The position numbers were made by a program, and so were the translations under genes. Source: Gammaproteobacteria bacterium (GTDB lineage Bacteria; Pseudomonadota; Gammaproteobacteria; GCA-001735895). From it: a stretch of DNA of 64,000 nt. Below are positions 43,537 to 55,124 of the stretch, in pieces (positions within the stretch are counted from its first letter, which is position 1; each line of letters opens with the position of its first letter). The stretch covers positions 96,001-160,000 of the forward strand of contig JBNKUM010000008.1 of assembly GCA_050298595.1 (NCBI GenBank). Direction: 5' to 3'. The notes beneath the pieces are model-generated. The model saw only the letters and a list, made by a program, of their open reading frames with translations. It was not told the DNA's origin and did no database searches.

Positions 43537-44286
43537 TCAGGCCGACTTGCCAATAGCAAGAAAATCAGCCGCCTTTAAAGATGCCCCACCGATTAAACCA
43601 CCATCAATATCGGGCTGAGATAATAAATCTGCCGCATTCGCTGCATTCATACTACCTCCGTATAAAATCTGTACCTTGTTCGCAACATCAGCACTCAAAG
43701 CAGCCAGTTTGCTTCGTATAAAAGCATGTACTGCCTGTGCCTGTTCTGGTGAAGCTGTTTTACCGGTACCTATTGCCCATACAGGCTCATAAGCTATAAC
43801 ACATTGGCTAATAGCATCAATACCCTGTGTATCAATAACTGCATCCAGCTGACGTGAAACAACCTGCTCGGTTACACCCGACTCACGTTCTTCCAGAGTT
43901 TCACCAATACATAAAATCGGGGTCACTCCAGAGGTTACCGCCATCGCAAAACGTCGAGCTACCAGATCATCGCTCTCACCATACAGTGAGCGTCGCTCAG
44001 AGTGACCAATTATTGCATACTTACAGCCCGCTTCTTTTAACATTGCAGGAGCAAGCTCACCGGTAAAGGCACCACTTTCCTGATCACAGATATTCTGCGA
44101 ACCCAGACCGATAGCAGCATCACCAATATGCGATTTCACTTTCATCAGATAGATCGCTGGTGGGCATACCACCATATCTGCATTCGTCACTTCTGCTAAA
44201 CCTGCCTTAATGCCATCCATTAACTCACCAATACTCTCTAGTGAGCCATTCATTTTCCAGTTCCCAGCTATCAGTGTCCGACGCAT
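43537..44286 (-). CDS. tpiA: Triose-phosphate isomerase
   Basis: AGNWKMN, GHSERR, AYEPVWAIGTG, LYGGS. Confidence 0.98.
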   Translation of the reverse strand: MRRTLIAGNWKMNGSLESIGELMDGIKAGLAEVTNADMVVCPPAIYLMKVKSHIGDAAIGLGSQNICDQESGAFTGELAPAMLKEAGCKYAIIGHSERRSLYGESDDLVARRFAMAVTSGVTPILCIGETLEERESGVTEQVVSRQLDAVIDTQGIDAISQCVIAYEPVWAIGTGKTASPEQAQAVHAFIRSKLAALSADVANKVQILYGGSMNAANAADLLSQPDIDGGLIGGASLKAADFLAIGKSA

Positions 44287-44336
44287 ATCCAGTTCCTCTG
44301 TTTAACTATTATTATGTGTATTAAAAATGGGCGCAA

Positions 44337-44365
44337 AGGGTACTTGTGTCCGGCCTATAAATCAA
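44337..44365 (-). promoter_or_regulatory. Putative sigma-70 promoter of tpiA
   Basis: TTGATT-17bp-TACCCT plus GC-rich discriminator. Confidence 0.5.
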
Positions 44366-44402
44366 TGGTTATATACTGGCTTTTAATAAAATATCACCTA
44401 TT

Positions 44403-45746
44403 TCAGTCTGCTCCAGCAGATTCCACCACCGCATCAGCGATTCGATGCGCAAGTGACTCTACCTGATCAGCATCCTGCCCCTCAACCATAACCCTGATCA
44501 GGGGCTCGGTACCAGAAGGTCTTAATAGTACTCGGCCCTTACCAGCTAATTCCTGCTCAGCCTTTTCTACAGCTTTTGAAATCAGAGGGAAGTCTCCAGG
44601 ATTTATTTTCGAGGCAATAGGCACATTAACCATACATTGAGGGTATTTGCTCATACCTTGCCGTAATTCGGCCAATGTCTGTTTATTATTCACCATTGAC
44701 TCGAGAACCTGTAACGCCGCAATAATGCCATCGCCGGTAGTGGTTTGATTTAGAGATATAATATGCCCGGAAGACTCTCCGCCCAGATACCAGTCATTTG
44801 CCTTGAGTTTTTCCATCACATATCGATCACCAACATTAGCGCGTTCAAATGGAACTTTGAGTTCTGCCAACGCATGTTCCAGACCCAGATTCGTCATCAG
44901 GGTACCAACGACCCCCCCTTCAAGTTGACCACTCAATTGTTGTTTACGCGCGATAACAAACAGTATTTCGTCACCATCCATGACTTCGCCGCAGGCATCC
45001 ATCATCATCACCCGGTCTCCATCACCATCGAAGGCAATACCCAGATCGGCCTGATTTTCCAGCAGCAGTGAACGCATATTCTGCGGATATAGTGCGCCAC
45101 AATCCTTGTTGATATTCAAACCATCAGGAGACACGCCCATCTCAATAACTTCTGCGCCTAGTTCGCGGAATATGTGCGGCGCGACATGATAGGTTGCACC
45201 ATTAGCACAATCTAATACAACCTTCATTCCCCTCAGGGTGGTTCGAAATGGAATCGAGTTTTTGCAAAATTCAATATAGCGACTTCTGGAATCCTCCATC
45301 CGATAAACCTTACCCAAATCCTTGGATTCCACCATCAGCATGGGCTGATCCATCATATCTTCTATTTCATGCTCCACCGAATCGGGTAACTTATAGCCAT
45401 CTCCGCTAAAGAATTTAATTCCATCATCGTAGTAAGGGTTATGCGATGCACTAATCACGATACCTGCAGTGGCACGCTGCGCCTGAGTCATATAAGCAAC
45501 TGCCGGTGTCGGCATAGGCCCCATCAAGGTTACATCCAGTCCGGCTGCCGCCAGACCTGCTTCCAGCGAAGCCTCAAAAATATAGCCTGATATCCGGGTA
45601 TCCTTGCCGATTACCACATGGCCTTCACCCTGCTTGCCAAGCACCTTACCAGCAGCCCAACCCAGCTTCATAATAAAATCAGCCGTCATAGGTTCCTGAC
45701 CTACACGACCACGAATGCCATCCGTTCCAAAAAATTTACGCGCCAT
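44403..45746 (-). CDS. glmM: Phosphoglucosamine mutase
   Basis: [27 protein letters not shown]. Confidence 0.97.
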   Translation of the reverse strand: MARKFFGTDGIRGRVGQEPMTADFIMKLGWAAGKVLGKQGEGHVVIGKDTRISGYIFEASLEAGLAAAGLDVTLMGPMPTPAVAYMTQAQRATAGIVISASHNPYYDDGIKFFSGDGYKLPDSVEHEIEDMMDQPMLMVESKDLGKVYRMEDSRSRYIEFCKNSIPFRTTLRGMKVVLDCANGATYHVAPHIFRELGAEVIEMGVSPDGLNINKDCGALYPQNMRSLLLENQADLGIAFDGDGDRVMMMDACGEVMDGDEILFVIARKQQLSGQLEGGVVGTLMTNLGLEHALAELKVPFERANVGDRYVMEKLKANDWYLGGESSGHIISLNQTTTGDGIIAALQVLESMVNNKQTLAELRQGMSKYPQCMVNVPIASKINPGDFPLISKAVEKAEQELAGKGRVLLRPSGTEPLIRVMVEGQDADQVESLAHRIADAVVESAGAD

Positions 45747-45754
45747 CTTAATCC

Positions 45755-46588
45755 TCAGTATTCTATAGCTGTCTGCTTAAGTGTCTGCACTATAGCCAAT
45801 GCCTGTCGGGTTTCTGTGACATCGTGCACACGGATAATATGCGCGCCAAGCATGGCACTGATCACTGCCGCAGAGACACTGCCATACACCCTTTCATCAA
45901 CAGGTTTATCTAGCACCAGTCCGACCATGCTTTTACGCGACAAGCCCACCAGCAAGGGGTAACCCATCTCGACAAACTCTGGCAACGCTTTCAGTAATTG
46001 ATAATTTTGATCCAGAGTTTTACCAAATCCAAACCCGGGATCAATGATTAAGTTTTGTTTTTTTATACCTGCTGCCTGAGCGGCAAATAATCGATCGTGC
46101 AGAAAACGCTTAACCTCTTTGAGCACCGACTCATACTCAGGGTTTTGCTGCATATTATCGGGACTGCCCTGCATATGCATCAAACAAACAGGTAATCCAG
46201 AGTCGGCCGCAGCCTGCATAGCACCCTCGCGACGTAAGGCCCACACATCATTGATCATATTTACCCCAGCAGCACTAGCTACACGCATTACCTCGGCTTT
46301 GCTGGTATCAATTGAAATAGGTATGTCTGAAAATGCACGAATACTTTCAATAAGCGGGATAGTGCGACTGATTTCCTCATCCACCGAAACATCTGCTGCG
46401 CCAGGACGCGTTGACTCACCGCCTATATCGAGAATATCCGCCCCCTCGTCAATCAGCCTGCGCGCCTGCTCTAGCGCTTTATCATGGCTAAGGAAATGCC
46501 CGCCATCGGAAAACGAATCCGGTGTTGTATTGATAATACCCATGACTGACAGGGCTTTTAAATCGAGGATAGATGATTTGCTGAACAT
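45755..46588 (-). CDS. folP: Dihydropteroate synthase
   Basis: [40 protein letters not shown]. Confidence 0.97.
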   Translation of the reverse strand: MFSKSSILDLKALSVMGIINTTPDSFSDGGHFLSHDKALEQARRLIDEGADILDIGGESTRPGAADVSVDEEISRTIPLIESIRAFSDIPISIDTSKAEVMRVASAAGVNMINDVWALRREGAMQAAADSGLPVCLMHMQGSPDNMQQNPEYESVLKEVKRFLHDRLFAAQAAGIKKQNLIIDPGFGFGKTLDQNYQLLKALPEFVEMGYPLLVGLSRKSMVGLVLDKPVDERVYGSVSAAVISAMLGAHIIRVHDVTETRQALAIVQTLKQTAIEY

Positions 46589-46675
46589 TGAATTAAGGCT
46601 GAGATTGAATTGATTACGCCTAATTTTAAACCACTAAAAAAGATGGCGTAAGTAGTTATTTGCAGTGCAATTGAA

Positions 46676-46697
46676 GAAGGCCGGTCACCCGGCCTTC
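46676..46697 (-). terminator. Hairpin after ftsH
   Basis: GAAGGCCGG-TCAC-CCGGCCTTC with a weak U-tail. Confidence 0.6.
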
Positions 46698-46706
46698 ATT
46701 TAAGTC

Positions 46707-48644
46707 TTAATGCAAACTTGCTGGATCAGATAAATCCGCTTTTTTCTTATCCTTTGATTCAGCCTTGGTAGCACCCGCACCACCACTATCGGAAGGATCA
46801 TCCGAGCCATTGCTGGTCCAGTCCTCTGGAGGACCTGGCACATGGCCTTGCATAATGGCATCGATCTGACTGACATCAATAGTTTCATACTTCATCAAAG
46901 CATCCGCCATCAAATGAAGCTTATCTTCATTTTCTGTCAGGATTTTCAATGAACGCTCGTAGTTTCGATCAATAATGCCGCGAATCTCAGAATCTATCGC
47001 CTGAGCAGTTTCATCCGAAACCATTTTATTTTTGGTGACAGACTTACCCAGAAAGACCTCTCCCTCTTCCTCAATATAGGTCAATGGACCCATACGATCT
47101 GAAAGCCCCCATTTGGTCACCATATTCCGCGCCAGGCTGGTAGCACGTTCAATATCATTGGAAGCACCTGTGGTGACAGCATCTGCACCAAAGATTATTT
47201 GCTCGGCAATACGCCCACCGAACAGACTGGAAATATTACTTTCCAGATGTTGTCGACTAGCACTATAACGGTCATCCTCTGGCAGGAACATAGTCACACC
47301 CAGAGCACGTCCACGCGGAATGATTGACACCTTGTATACAGGATCGTGATCCGGCACCAGACGTCCGACAATAGCATGCCCAGCTTCATGATAAGCGGTC
47401 AGCTTTTTCTCATCTTCTTTCATGATCATAGACTTGCGCTCAGCACCCATCATGATCTTATCCTTAGCACGTTCAAATTCGGCCATGCTAACAAGTTTTT
47501 TATTGCCACGTGCAGCAAACAGTGCGGCTTCATTCACCAGATTGGCTAGATCAGCACCAGAAAATCCAGGGGTACCACGCGCAATCACCATCGCATCAAC
47601 ATTGTCTGCAGCAGGAACTTTACGCATATGAACCTTCAGGATATGAGCACGACCACGAACATCCGGTAATGGCACCACGACCTGACGATCAAATCGACCT
47701 GGACGAAGTAGCGCAGGATCTAGCACATCAGGACGGTTAGTTGCGGCAATTACAATAACACCTTCGTTGCCTTCAAAACCATCCATCTCAACCAGTAACT
47801 GGTTCAGGGTTTGCTCGCGCTCATCGTGACCACCACCCAGGCCAGCGCCACGATGACGACCAACCGCATCAATTTCATCGATGAAGATAATGCAGGGACT
47901 ATGCTTCTTGGCCTGTTCAAACATATCACGAACACGTGATGCACCGACACCAACAAACATTTCCACAAAATCGGAACCGGAGATAGTAAAGAAAGGTACC
48001 TTGGCCTCACCTGCAATCGCTTTTGCTAACAGAGTTTTACCAGTACCGGGTGAGCCCACCATTAATACGCCGCGAGGAATCTTGCCACCCAGCTTCTGGA
48101 ATTTGGCTGGGTCGCTTAGGAATTCAACCAGTTCAGCCACATCTTCTTTGGCTTCATCAACACCGGCCACATCATTAAAGGTTACATTAACCTGATCTTC
48201 ACCCAATAAACGGGCTTTGGATTTGCCAAAAGACATAGCACCACGACCGCCACCACCGCCCTGCATCTGGCGCATGAAGAAAATCCATAAACCGATCAGA
48301 ATAATAAATGGGAACCAGCTAATAAACATATGAGCCAGCAAGGAAGGCTGTTCGGGTGGCTTGGACATAATCTGTACGCCAGCCTTCTCAAGATCACCTA
48401 TGAGTGGAGAGTTATTAGTTTCTGGACTATAGGTCGAAAAAGTAGCCCCACTGATCAATTTTCCGTTGATCTGCTGCCCTTCGATCAACACCTCACTAAT
48501 CTGCCCGGCACGAACCTGAGACAGAAATTCGGAATAGATCATATTTCTACCGGATGTACTGCGGTCACCAAAATTCTGAAACACTGATAACAGAACTACC
48601 GCGATCACAACCCATAGGATTAAATTCTTTGCTACGTCATTCAC
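46707..48644 (-). CDS. ftsH: ATP-dependent zinc metalloprotease FtsH
   Basis: Two [28 protein letters not shown]; GTG start. Confidence 0.98.
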   Translation of the reverse strand: MNDVAKNLILWVVIAVVLLSVFQNFGDRSTSGRNMIYSEFLSQVRAGQISEVLIEGQQINGKLISGATFSTYSPETNNSPLIGDLEKAGVQIMSKPPEQPSLLAHMFISWFPFIILIGLWIFFMRQMQGGGGGRGAMSFGKSKARLLGEDQVNVTFNDVAGVDEAKEDVAELVEFLSDPAKFQKLGGKIPRGVLMVGSPGTGKTLLAKAIAGEAKVPFFTISGSDFVEMFVGVGASRVRDMFEQAKKHSPCIIFIDEIDAVGRHRGAGLGGGHDEREQTLNQLLVEMDGFEGNEGVIVIAATNRPDVLDPALLRPGRFDRQVVVPLPDVRGRAHILKVHMRKVPAADNVDAMVIARGTPGFSGADLANLVNEAALFAARGNKKLVSMAEFERAKDKIMMGAERKSMIMKEDEKKLTAYHEAGHAIVGRLVPDHDPVYKVSIIPRGRALGVTMFLPEDDRYSASRQHLESNISSLFGGRIAEQIIFGADAVTTGASNDIERATSLARNMVTKWGLSDRMGPLTYIEEEGEVFLGKSVTKNKMVSDETAQAIDSEIRGIIDRNYERSLKILTENEDKLHLMADALMKYETIDVSQIDAIMQGHVPGPPEDWTSNGSDDPSDSGGAGATKAESKDKKKADLSDPASLH

Positions 48645-48746
48645 GTTGTTTTCCTATCGTAATCGATACTTTATTTAAACAATCAACTGTATTCTGGCAC
48701 ACAAGACCAATTGAATACAGTTATTATAAGCTATCTAAACTATAGC

Positions 48747-49364
48747 CTATTTCAATCCCTGGCACACAGCGTATACTTCTGGAGAGCGAGGTCTGGAAGC
48801 TTTTGGCTTGCGAAACTTAACTACTTTAAAAGCTTTACGGAACTCTCTGACCATTTCATCGAAGCCCTCACCCTGAAATATTTTGACAGCAAAAGATCCT
48901 TTTTTATCCATAACCTGCAGAGTGAGATCAAAGGCCAGTTCAACAAGATACATCGATTTTGGCTGATCAACTGTCTCAATACCACTAATATTGGGGGCCA
49001 TGTCCGATAATACAAGATCAACTTTTGCGTTATCTACCTGACCCAGTATCTCTTCAAGTACCGATTGTTCAGTAAAATCACCTTCTATGATGACTGCATC
49101 GGCAACCGGGTCCATAGGAAGTATATCTACCGCAATCAAACGCCCTTTATCCCCACAGAACTGACTGGCATATTCAGTCCAGCCTCCAGGAGCCGCCCCC
49201 AGATCAATCACAAACTGGCCTGGCTTGAGTAAACGATCTTTTTCCTGCAGCTCCATTAACTTATACACTGCGCGCGAACGGTAGCCCTCACGACGCGCCT
49301 TTTGCACGTAAGGATCAGCATGATGTTCCTGCAACCAGCGTTGACTACTTTTAGATCGACTCAT
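48747..49364 (-). CDS. rlmE: 23S rRNA Um2552 methyltransferase
   Basis: YRSRAVYKL, DLGAAPGGW, SDMAPN, KPKASR. Confidence 0.97.
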   Translation of the reverse strand: MSRSKSSQRWLQEHHADPYVQKARREGYRSRAVYKLMELQEKDRLLKPGQFVIDLGAAPGGWTEYASQFCGDKGRLIAVDILPMDPVADAVIIEGDFTEQSVLEEILGQVDNAKVDLVLSDMAPNISGIETVDQPKSMYLVELAFDLTLQVMDKKGSFAVKIFQGEGFDEMVREFRKAFKVVKFRKPKASRPRSPEVYAVCQGLK

Positions 49365-49433
49365 CTAGATACTCGTTTGAAAAAACCTATGTTACAATCC
49401 GCGCCCTTTTAGCACATGAACTGCGAGCCACCC

Positions 49434-49763
49434 ATGCCACTTTCCAATGCTCAGATTCGAACCCTGCGTTCTGAAGCCCATCGCTTAATGCTGAAACCGG
49501 TTGTTATGATTGGACAAAATGGGTTAAGCGAAAACGTAGTTATTGAATTGCAACAGGCACTCGAACACCACGAATTAATCAAGGTTCGCATTCCCGCCGC
49601 GGAAAAAAACGAAAAATCAGCGATGATTGAAGCTATTTGCCAGCAACAACAGGCGGACCTGATTCAAAGTATCGGCCATGTGGTCGTAATTTACAAACTC
49701 AACCCCAAGATTGGTCGATTCAAGAAATTACTTGCCAGCAAAAAGCAGTCAGCTACAGACTAG
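49434..49763 (+). CDS. yhbY: CRM-domain RNA-binding protein YhbY
   Basis: [31 protein letters not shown]; divergent from rlmE. Confidence 0.93.
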   Translation: MPLSNAQIRTLRSEAHRLMLKPVVMIGQNGLSENVVIELQQALEHHELIKVRIPAAEKNEKSAMIEAICQQQQADLIQSIGHVVVIYKLNPKIGRFKKLLASKKQSATD

Positions 49764-50236
49764 CGGTAATGCACCGCAGTAATTTCGTACTCCTTATCAC
49801 CACCTGGTGCCTGTACCGTAATATCTTCCCCCTCTTCCTTGCCAATTAGAGCTCTTGCAATAGGAGAGCTGATTGCGATTCGATTGTGATTGATATCTGC
49901 TTCAACATCACCAACAATCTGGTAGGAAACCTCTTCTTCAGTTTCAACATTAATTAAATCGACGGTACAGCCAAATACTACTCGGCCAGTTTGTGGAAGC
50001 TTGGTAACATCAATGACCCGCCCATTGGACAGCACCGACTCAAGCTCCTTGATTCGACCTTCGATAAAACCCTGTTGCTCACGCGCCGCATGGTATTCTG
50101 CATTTTCTTTCAGATCACCATGTTCACGAGCTACTGCAATAGCTTCGATAACCTCTGGACGTTTTACCGATTTAAGTTCTTTTAATTCCAGTCTCAGGCG
50201 TTCAGCGCCGGAAACAGTCAAAGGAGTCTGACTCAT
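49760..50236 (-). CDS. greA: Transcription elongation factor GreA
   Basis: [23 protein letters not shown]. Confidence 0.97.
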   Translation of the reverse strand: MSQTPLTVSGAERLRLELKELKSVKRPEVIEAIAVAREHGDLKENAEYHAAREQQGFIEGRIKELESVLSNGRVIDVTKLPQTGRVVFGCTVDLINVETEEEVSYQIVGDVEADINHNRIAISSPIARALIGKEEGEDITVQAPGGDKEYEITAVHYR

Positions 50237-50281
50237 AGTTTACCCATTTATTAATTTCTTCAAAAAGTATGCTGATACAGT

Positions 50282-53200
50282 TCAGGAATGCAAACCTTGC
50301 AAACTGTACACTTCTTTAACCTTGCGATGATCCATCGCCATACAGGTGGCTAAGCCACCCGCCAATGTGGTGGTATAGGTCACACCCTGCATCAGGGCTT
50401 CACGCCGGATGGCGTAGGAATCTGCGATAGCTGCACGACCTTCAGTGGTATTCACAATCATATCAATTTCAAAATTCTTAATCATATCAACAATATGTGG
50501 ACGACCTTCTTTCACCTTATTGACCTGCTGACAGGGGATTCCAGCCTGCTGAATCGTTCTTGCAGTGCCACCGGTTGCAACCAGCTCAAACCCTTTGCTG
50601 ACAAGATCCGCCGCCAGCTTATGTACGGCCGGTTTATCATGATCGCGCACACTGAGAAAAACTTTCCCTCTTTCAGGCAACATAGTTCCTGCTGCCAGCA
50701 GGCCTTTGGCAAAGGCTTCGGCAAACGTCTTACCTATACCCATAACCTCGCCAGTAGACTTCATTTCAGGCCCCAGAATCGGATCAACACCCTGAAATTT
50801 TGCAAATGGGAAAACGGATTCTTTTACTGCAACAAAATTCGGTATTACCTGTTTAGAGTAGCCCTGTGACTTCAACGTTTGCCCTGCCATGCAACGGGCA
50901 GCTACCTTGGCAAGAGGCACTCCGGTTGCTTTCGAAACAAAGGGCACAGTACGCGAAGCGCGAGGATTGACTTCCAGAATATAAATATCGCTGCCCTTGA
51001 TAGCAAACTGGGTATTCATAAGACCAACAACATTCAACGCCTTCGCCATCGCCTCGACCTGAACACAAAGTTCCTGCTGAATCTCAGCGGATAAGGTATA
51101 GGGTGGCAATGAACACGCTGAGTCGCCTGAATGCACACCAGCCTGCTCGATATGTTCCATCAAACCACCGATAAACACATCCTGTCCATCGCATACGGCA
51201 TCTACATCAACCTCTACCGCATCATCCAGAAATCGATCCAGTAACACCGGTGAGTCCTTGGTGACCTTAACGGCTTCGGTCATATAGCGAGCCAGATCTT
51301 CCTGATCGTATACGATTTCCATTGCGCGACCACCCAGTACATAGGAAGGACGCACTACCAGTGGGAAACCCACCTCTTCTGCCAATGCTGCTGAAGATGC
51401 GACATCAAAAGCGATGCGATTGGGTGGCTGACGTAATTTCAAACCGTGAATCATCTGCTGGAACCTTTCACGATCCTCTGCCAGATCAATAGAGTCTGGA
51501 GTGGTACCTATAATCGGCACACCTGCAGCTTCCAATGAGCGCGCCAGATTCAGCGGGGTTTGTCCTCCAAACTGTACAATCACGCCTTTAGGCTGTTCCA
51601 GATGGATGATTTCCATAACATCTTCAAGCGTCAACGGTTCAAAATAGAGCCGATCGGAAGTGTCATAATCGGTAGATACGGTTTCTGGATTACAGTTGAC
51701 CATGATGGTTTCATAGCCATCTTCACGCATTGCCATGGCCGCATGCACACAACAATAATCAAATTCTATGCCCTGGCCAATACGGTTTGGCCCACCACCC
51801 AGAACCACAATTTTATCGCGACTTGTAGCTTCGGCTTCGCATTCCATTTCATAGCTTGAGTATAAATAAGCGGTAGAGGATGCAAACTCAGCGGCACAGG
51901 TATCTACGCGCTTATACACCGGGCGAATATTTAAATCGCGACGAGCTGTTGAAACGGCCAGCTCATCGGCATTCAGCAACTCGGCCAGTCTTCTGTCAGC
52001 AAACCCTTTACGCTTAAGCTGGAAGAATTCATCCGCAGTAATGGATTCGAGAGCACGGCCTTTCAGGGATTGCTCGATACTGACCAGTTGTTCTATTTGT
52101 ACCAGAAACCAGGGATCGATTGCAGACATATCAAAAATCTGCTGGACGCTATAACCCGATCTAAATGCATCTGCTACATACCAGATGCGATTTGCGCCTG
52201 GTAACCTGAGCTCAGTGCGATATAACTCTTCTTGCTGCTCGGCGGACAATTCGTCCTGCTTGACGATTTCTTCCAGGCCGAAAATGCCAATCTCCAGACC
52301 GCGTAGTGCCTTCTGGAAAGACTCCTGAAAACTGCGCCCAATTGCCATCACTTCGCCCACCGATTTCATCTGGGTACCCAGACGATCATCCGCCTGCGAG
52401 AATTTCTCGAAGGTAAAACGAGGGATTTTGGTTACGACATAATCGATAGAGGGTTCAAAAGATGCAGGAGTGGCACCACCGGTAATATCATTCTGAAGCT
52501 CATCCAGTGTATAACCTGCAGCCAGCTTGGCGGCCACTTTAGCGATTGGGAAACCCGTCGCTTTGGAAGCCAGCGCTGATGAGCGTGACACCCGTGGATT
52601 CATTTCAATGATGATCATTTCACCATTTTCCGGATTGATCGCAAACTGCACGTTTGAACCACCGGTTTCCACACCAATCTTACGCAGCACCGCCAGCGAG
52701 GCATCACGCATGATTTGATATTCTTTATCGGTCAGGGTTTGAGCAGGCGCAACGGTTATCGAATCGCCGGTATGTACTCCCATCGGGTCTAGATTTTCTA
52801 TCGAACAGATAATGATGCAATTATCATTTTTATCACGCACCACTTCCATTTCGTATTCTTTCCAGCCAAGTACCGATTTTTCTATCAGAACCTCGCTGGT
52901 AGGGGAAAGATCCAGACCGCGCTTGATAATATCTTCAAACTCATCACGATTATAGGCAATTCCGCCACCACTGCCGCCCATAGTAAAAGAGGGACGAATA
53001 ATGACGGGGAAACCAATCTGGGGGTGACCCTGCCAGGCTTCTTCCAGACTATGCGCAATAAATGATTTTGGTGTATTAAGCCCAATTTCAGCCATCGCCT
53101 TTCTAAACTGGTCACGATCTTCTGCCATATCAATGGCTTCCCGGCTGGCGCCAATCATTTCTACGCCATGCTTTTCCAGAACGCCTTCGCGCACCAGATC

Positions 53201-53500
53201 CAGTGCGCAGTTGAGTGCTGTCTGTCCACCCATCGTTGGCAGCAGAGCATCAGGCTTTTCTTTTTCGATGATCTTTTCCACTGCCGTCCAGTGAATCGGT
53301 TCGATATAAACCGCATCCGCTGTATCCGGATCGGTCATGATGGTGGCGGGGTTGGAATTGATCAGAATAACTCTAAAGCCTTCTTCCTTTAAAGCCTTAC
53401 AGGCCTGAGCACCAGAATAATCAAATTCGCAGGCCTGCCCGATAACAATAGGACCTGCCCCTATGATCAGAATGCTTTGAATATCTTGTCTACGTGGCAT
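50282..53500 (-). CDS. carB: Carbamoyl-phosphate synthase large subunit
   Basis: [17 protein letters not shown], two ATP-grasp halves, MGS domain. Confidence 0.98.
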   Translation of the reverse strand: MPRRQDIQSILIIGAGPIVIGQACEFDYSGAQACKALKEEGFRVILINSNPATIMTDPDTADAVYIEPIHWTAVEKIIEKEKPDALLPTMGGQTALNCALDLVREGVLEKHGVEMIGASREAIDMAEDRDQFRKAMAEIGLNTPKSFIAHSLEEAWQGHPQIGFPVIIRPSFTMGGSGGGIAYNRDEFEDIIKRGLDLSPTSEVLIEKSVLGWKEYEMEVVRDKNDNCIIICSIENLDPMGVHTGDSITVAPAQTLTDKEYQIMRDASLAVLRKIGVETGGSNVQFAINPENGEMIIIEMNPRVSRSSALASKATGFPIAKVAAKLAAGYTLDELQNDITGGATPASFEPSIDYVVTKIPRFTFEKFSQADDRLGTQMKSVGEVMAIGRSFQESFQKALRGLEIGIFGLEEIVKQDELSAEQQEELYRTELRLPGANRIWYVADAFRSGYSVQQIFDMSAIDPWFLVQIEQLVSIEQSLKGRALESITADEFFQLKRKGFADRRLAELLNADELAVSTARRDLNIRPVYKRVDTCAAEFASSTAYLYSSYEMECEAEATSRDKIVVLGGGPNRIGQGIEFDYCCVHAAMAMREDGYETIMVNCNPETVSTDYDTSDRLYFEPLTLEDVMEIIHLEQPKGVIVQFGGQTPLNLARSLEAAGVPIIGTTPDSIDLAEDRERFQQMIHGLKLRQPPNRIAFDVASSAALAEEVGFPLVVRPSYVLGGRAMEIVYDQEDLARYMTEAVKVTKDSPVLLDRFLDDAVEVDVDAVCDGQDVFIGGLMEHIEQAGVHSGDSACSLPPYTLSAEIQQELCVQVEAMAKALNVVGLMNTQFAIKGSDIYILEVNPRASRTVPFVSKATGVPLAKVAARCMAGQTLKSQGYSKQVIPNFVAVKESVFPFAKFQGVDPILGPEMKSTGEVMGIGKTFAEAFAKGLLAAGTMLPERGKVFLSVRDHDKPAVHKLAADLVSKGFELVATGGTARTIQQAGIPCQQVNKVKEGRPHIVDMIKNFEIDMIVNTTEGRAAIADSYAIRREALMQGVTYTTTLAGGLATCMAMDHRKVKEVYSLQGLHS

Positions 53501-54642
53501 CAGGCTTGCCCTCCCTGTGCTTTAAGCTCTATTAGCTCAAAGAAATGATCGAATAAGGGAGACACATCATGCGGGCCAGGACTGGCTTCAGGATGCCCCT
53601 GAAAACTAAAAGCTGGCTTATCGGTGCGATGGACAGCCTGTAGTGAGCCATCGAATAAGGAGCGATGGGTTGCTTTTAAATTTGCAGGTAAGCTTTCTTC
53701 ATCTACAGCAAACCCATGGTTCTGACTGGTAATCATCACCACGCCAGACGCCAGATCCTGCACAGGATGGTTAGCACCATGATGACCGAACTTCATTTTC
53801 ACCGTTTTGGCTCCACTGGCTAATGACAATAATTGATGCCCCAGACAGATACCGAAAATAGGTATTTCTGTCTGTAAAAACTGCTGGATAGCTTCTATCG
53901 CATAATCGCAGGGCTCTGGATCACCTGGGCCATTGGATAGAAAAATGCCATCTGGCTGCATTGCCAGAACATCTGTTGCTGGGGTTTGTGCGGGTACCAC
54001 GGTGACACGAGCACCACGTTCGCAGAGCATGCGTAAGATATTCTTCTTTACACCATAATCGTAAGCGACCACATGATAAGGGGTAGATTCAGCCTGCTGA
54101 TGTCCCTCAGTCAAAGACCAGACAGTTTCTGTCCATGGATATTGTTGCTGGGTTGTGACTTCTTTTGCCAGATCCATTCCCGCCAGACCTGGAAAATCTT
54201 GTGCTGCTGCAATAGCCTGAGCTTCATCTATATCTTCGCCCGCCATAATGGCACCATTTTGCGCACCCTTTTCTCTTAACAGTCGGGTTAACTGTCTGGT
54301 ATCGATATCTGCAATGGCTACAACATTGTTTTGTTTGAGATAATCTCCCAAAGACATTTCGCTGCGCCAGTTACTCGCCAAAAGCGGTAAATCTCGAATC
54401 ACCAGGCCACTGGCGTGGATTTGATCGGCCTCTTCATCTTCACGAGTTACCCCGGTATTACCGATATGTGGATAGGTTAAAGTAATTATCTGGCGAGCAT
54501 AGGATGGATCGGTCAAAATTTCCTGATATCCAGTCATCGAGGTATTGAAAACCACCTCCCCCTGGGTCAGACCATTTGATCCAATCGCTATACCCTTAAA
54601 GATGGTTCCATCTTGCAGGGCGAGTATGGCAGGTACCGTCAC
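53500..54642 (-). CDS. carA: Carbamoyl-phosphate synthase small subunit
   Basis: [38 protein letters not shown]; GTG start with GGAG RBS. Confidence 0.98.
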   Translation of the reverse strand: MTVPAILALQDGTIFKGIAIGSNGLTQGEVVFNTSMTGYQEILTDPSYARQIITLTYPHIGNTGVTREDEEADQIHASGLVIRDLPLLASNWRSEMSLGDYLKQNNVVAIADIDTRQLTRLLREKGAQNGAIMAGEDIDEAQAIAAAQDFPGLAGMDLAKEVTTQQQYPWTETVWSLTEGHQQAESTPYHVVAYDYGVKKNILRMLCERGARVTVVPAQTPATDVLAMQPDGIFLSNGPGDPEPCDYAIEAIQQFLQTEIPIFGICLGHQLLSLASGAKTVKMKFGHHGANHPVQDLASGVVMITSQNHGFAVDEESLPANLKATHRSLFDGSLQAVHRTDKPAFSFQGHPEASPGPHDVSPLFDHFFELIELKAQGGQA

Positions 54643-54690
54643 AATTTCTCCGCTGTTAAATTAATGACCCAGACTGAAATGGGCGCGCAC

Positions 54691-54721
54691 AAAAATGGGA
54701 TGAGCCACTGGTTCACCCCAC
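54691..54721 (-). terminator. Terminator hairpin in the carA leader (attenuator)
   Basis: Minus strand GTGGGGTGAACC-AGT-GGCTCATCCCAT-TTTT, 48 bp before the carA start. Confidence 0.7.
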
Positions 54722-54763
54722 TTACTGAAAAATTTTATTGAGATAATACTGAGGAAACAGCAT
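54722..54763 (-). CDS. Putative carA leader peptide (MLFPQYYLNKIFQ)
   Basis: 13-codon ORF with AGGA upstream; its stop abuts the terminator stem. Confidence 0.45.
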   Translation of the reverse strand: MLFPQYYLNKIFQ

Positions 54764-54777
54764 TTTCCTGAGTGCGT

Positions 54778-54807
54778 ATTCTAGGGTATAACCCCCAGGA
54801 GTGTCTA
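54778..54807 (-). promoter_or_regulatory. Sigma-70 promoter of carAB-greA
   Basis: TAGACA-18bp-TAGAAT. Confidence 0.6.
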
Positions 54808-54841
54808 TGAATGAATGGATTTTATGCAAATCTTGTCACTC

Positions 54842-55087
54842 TTAAACCTAGAATCCGCAGTTGGACGATCGGAAGTGTGCGTTTGCGGTGGTGTAGATCA
54901 AGGCGTGACGACGCGGAATAGCGGGCTATTCCAGGGAGTTACAACGCAGAGATACACCGCCGCAAACGTGCAATTCAGCTCGTAGCGGGATTCGCCTGTT
55001 GGGTGAAACAGATAAATCGAGTTTAATGGTTTACGAAACAGAGGGTTACACTTTAATGCGAGCGGTTAACTGCGGAATCTAGGTTAA
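54842..55087. mobile_element. MITE-like palindromic element, copy 2 (longer)
   Basis: TIRs TAAACCTAGAATCCGCAGTT / AACTGCGGAATCTAGGTTAA; internal long hairpin; homologous to 17952-18115. Confidence 0.8.
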
Positions 55088-55124
55088 AAGTAACTCCCCT
55101 GAATAGTAAGCGAAAAAATTAGAG

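Noticed and set aside
48695-48712. TGGCAC possible sigma-54 site near ftsH
   Set aside because: No -12 element and wrong orientation for ftsH
54807-54845. Mini-ORF MNEWILCKSCHS with AGGAG RBS and a CxxCH motif
   Set aside because: Only 12 codons, no signal peptide, overlaps the carA -35 element on the other strand; most likely chance
54815-54985. 56-codon ORF through the MITE containing QGVTT twice
   Set aside because: Frame not preserved in copy 1; the peptide repeat follows from the DNA repeat
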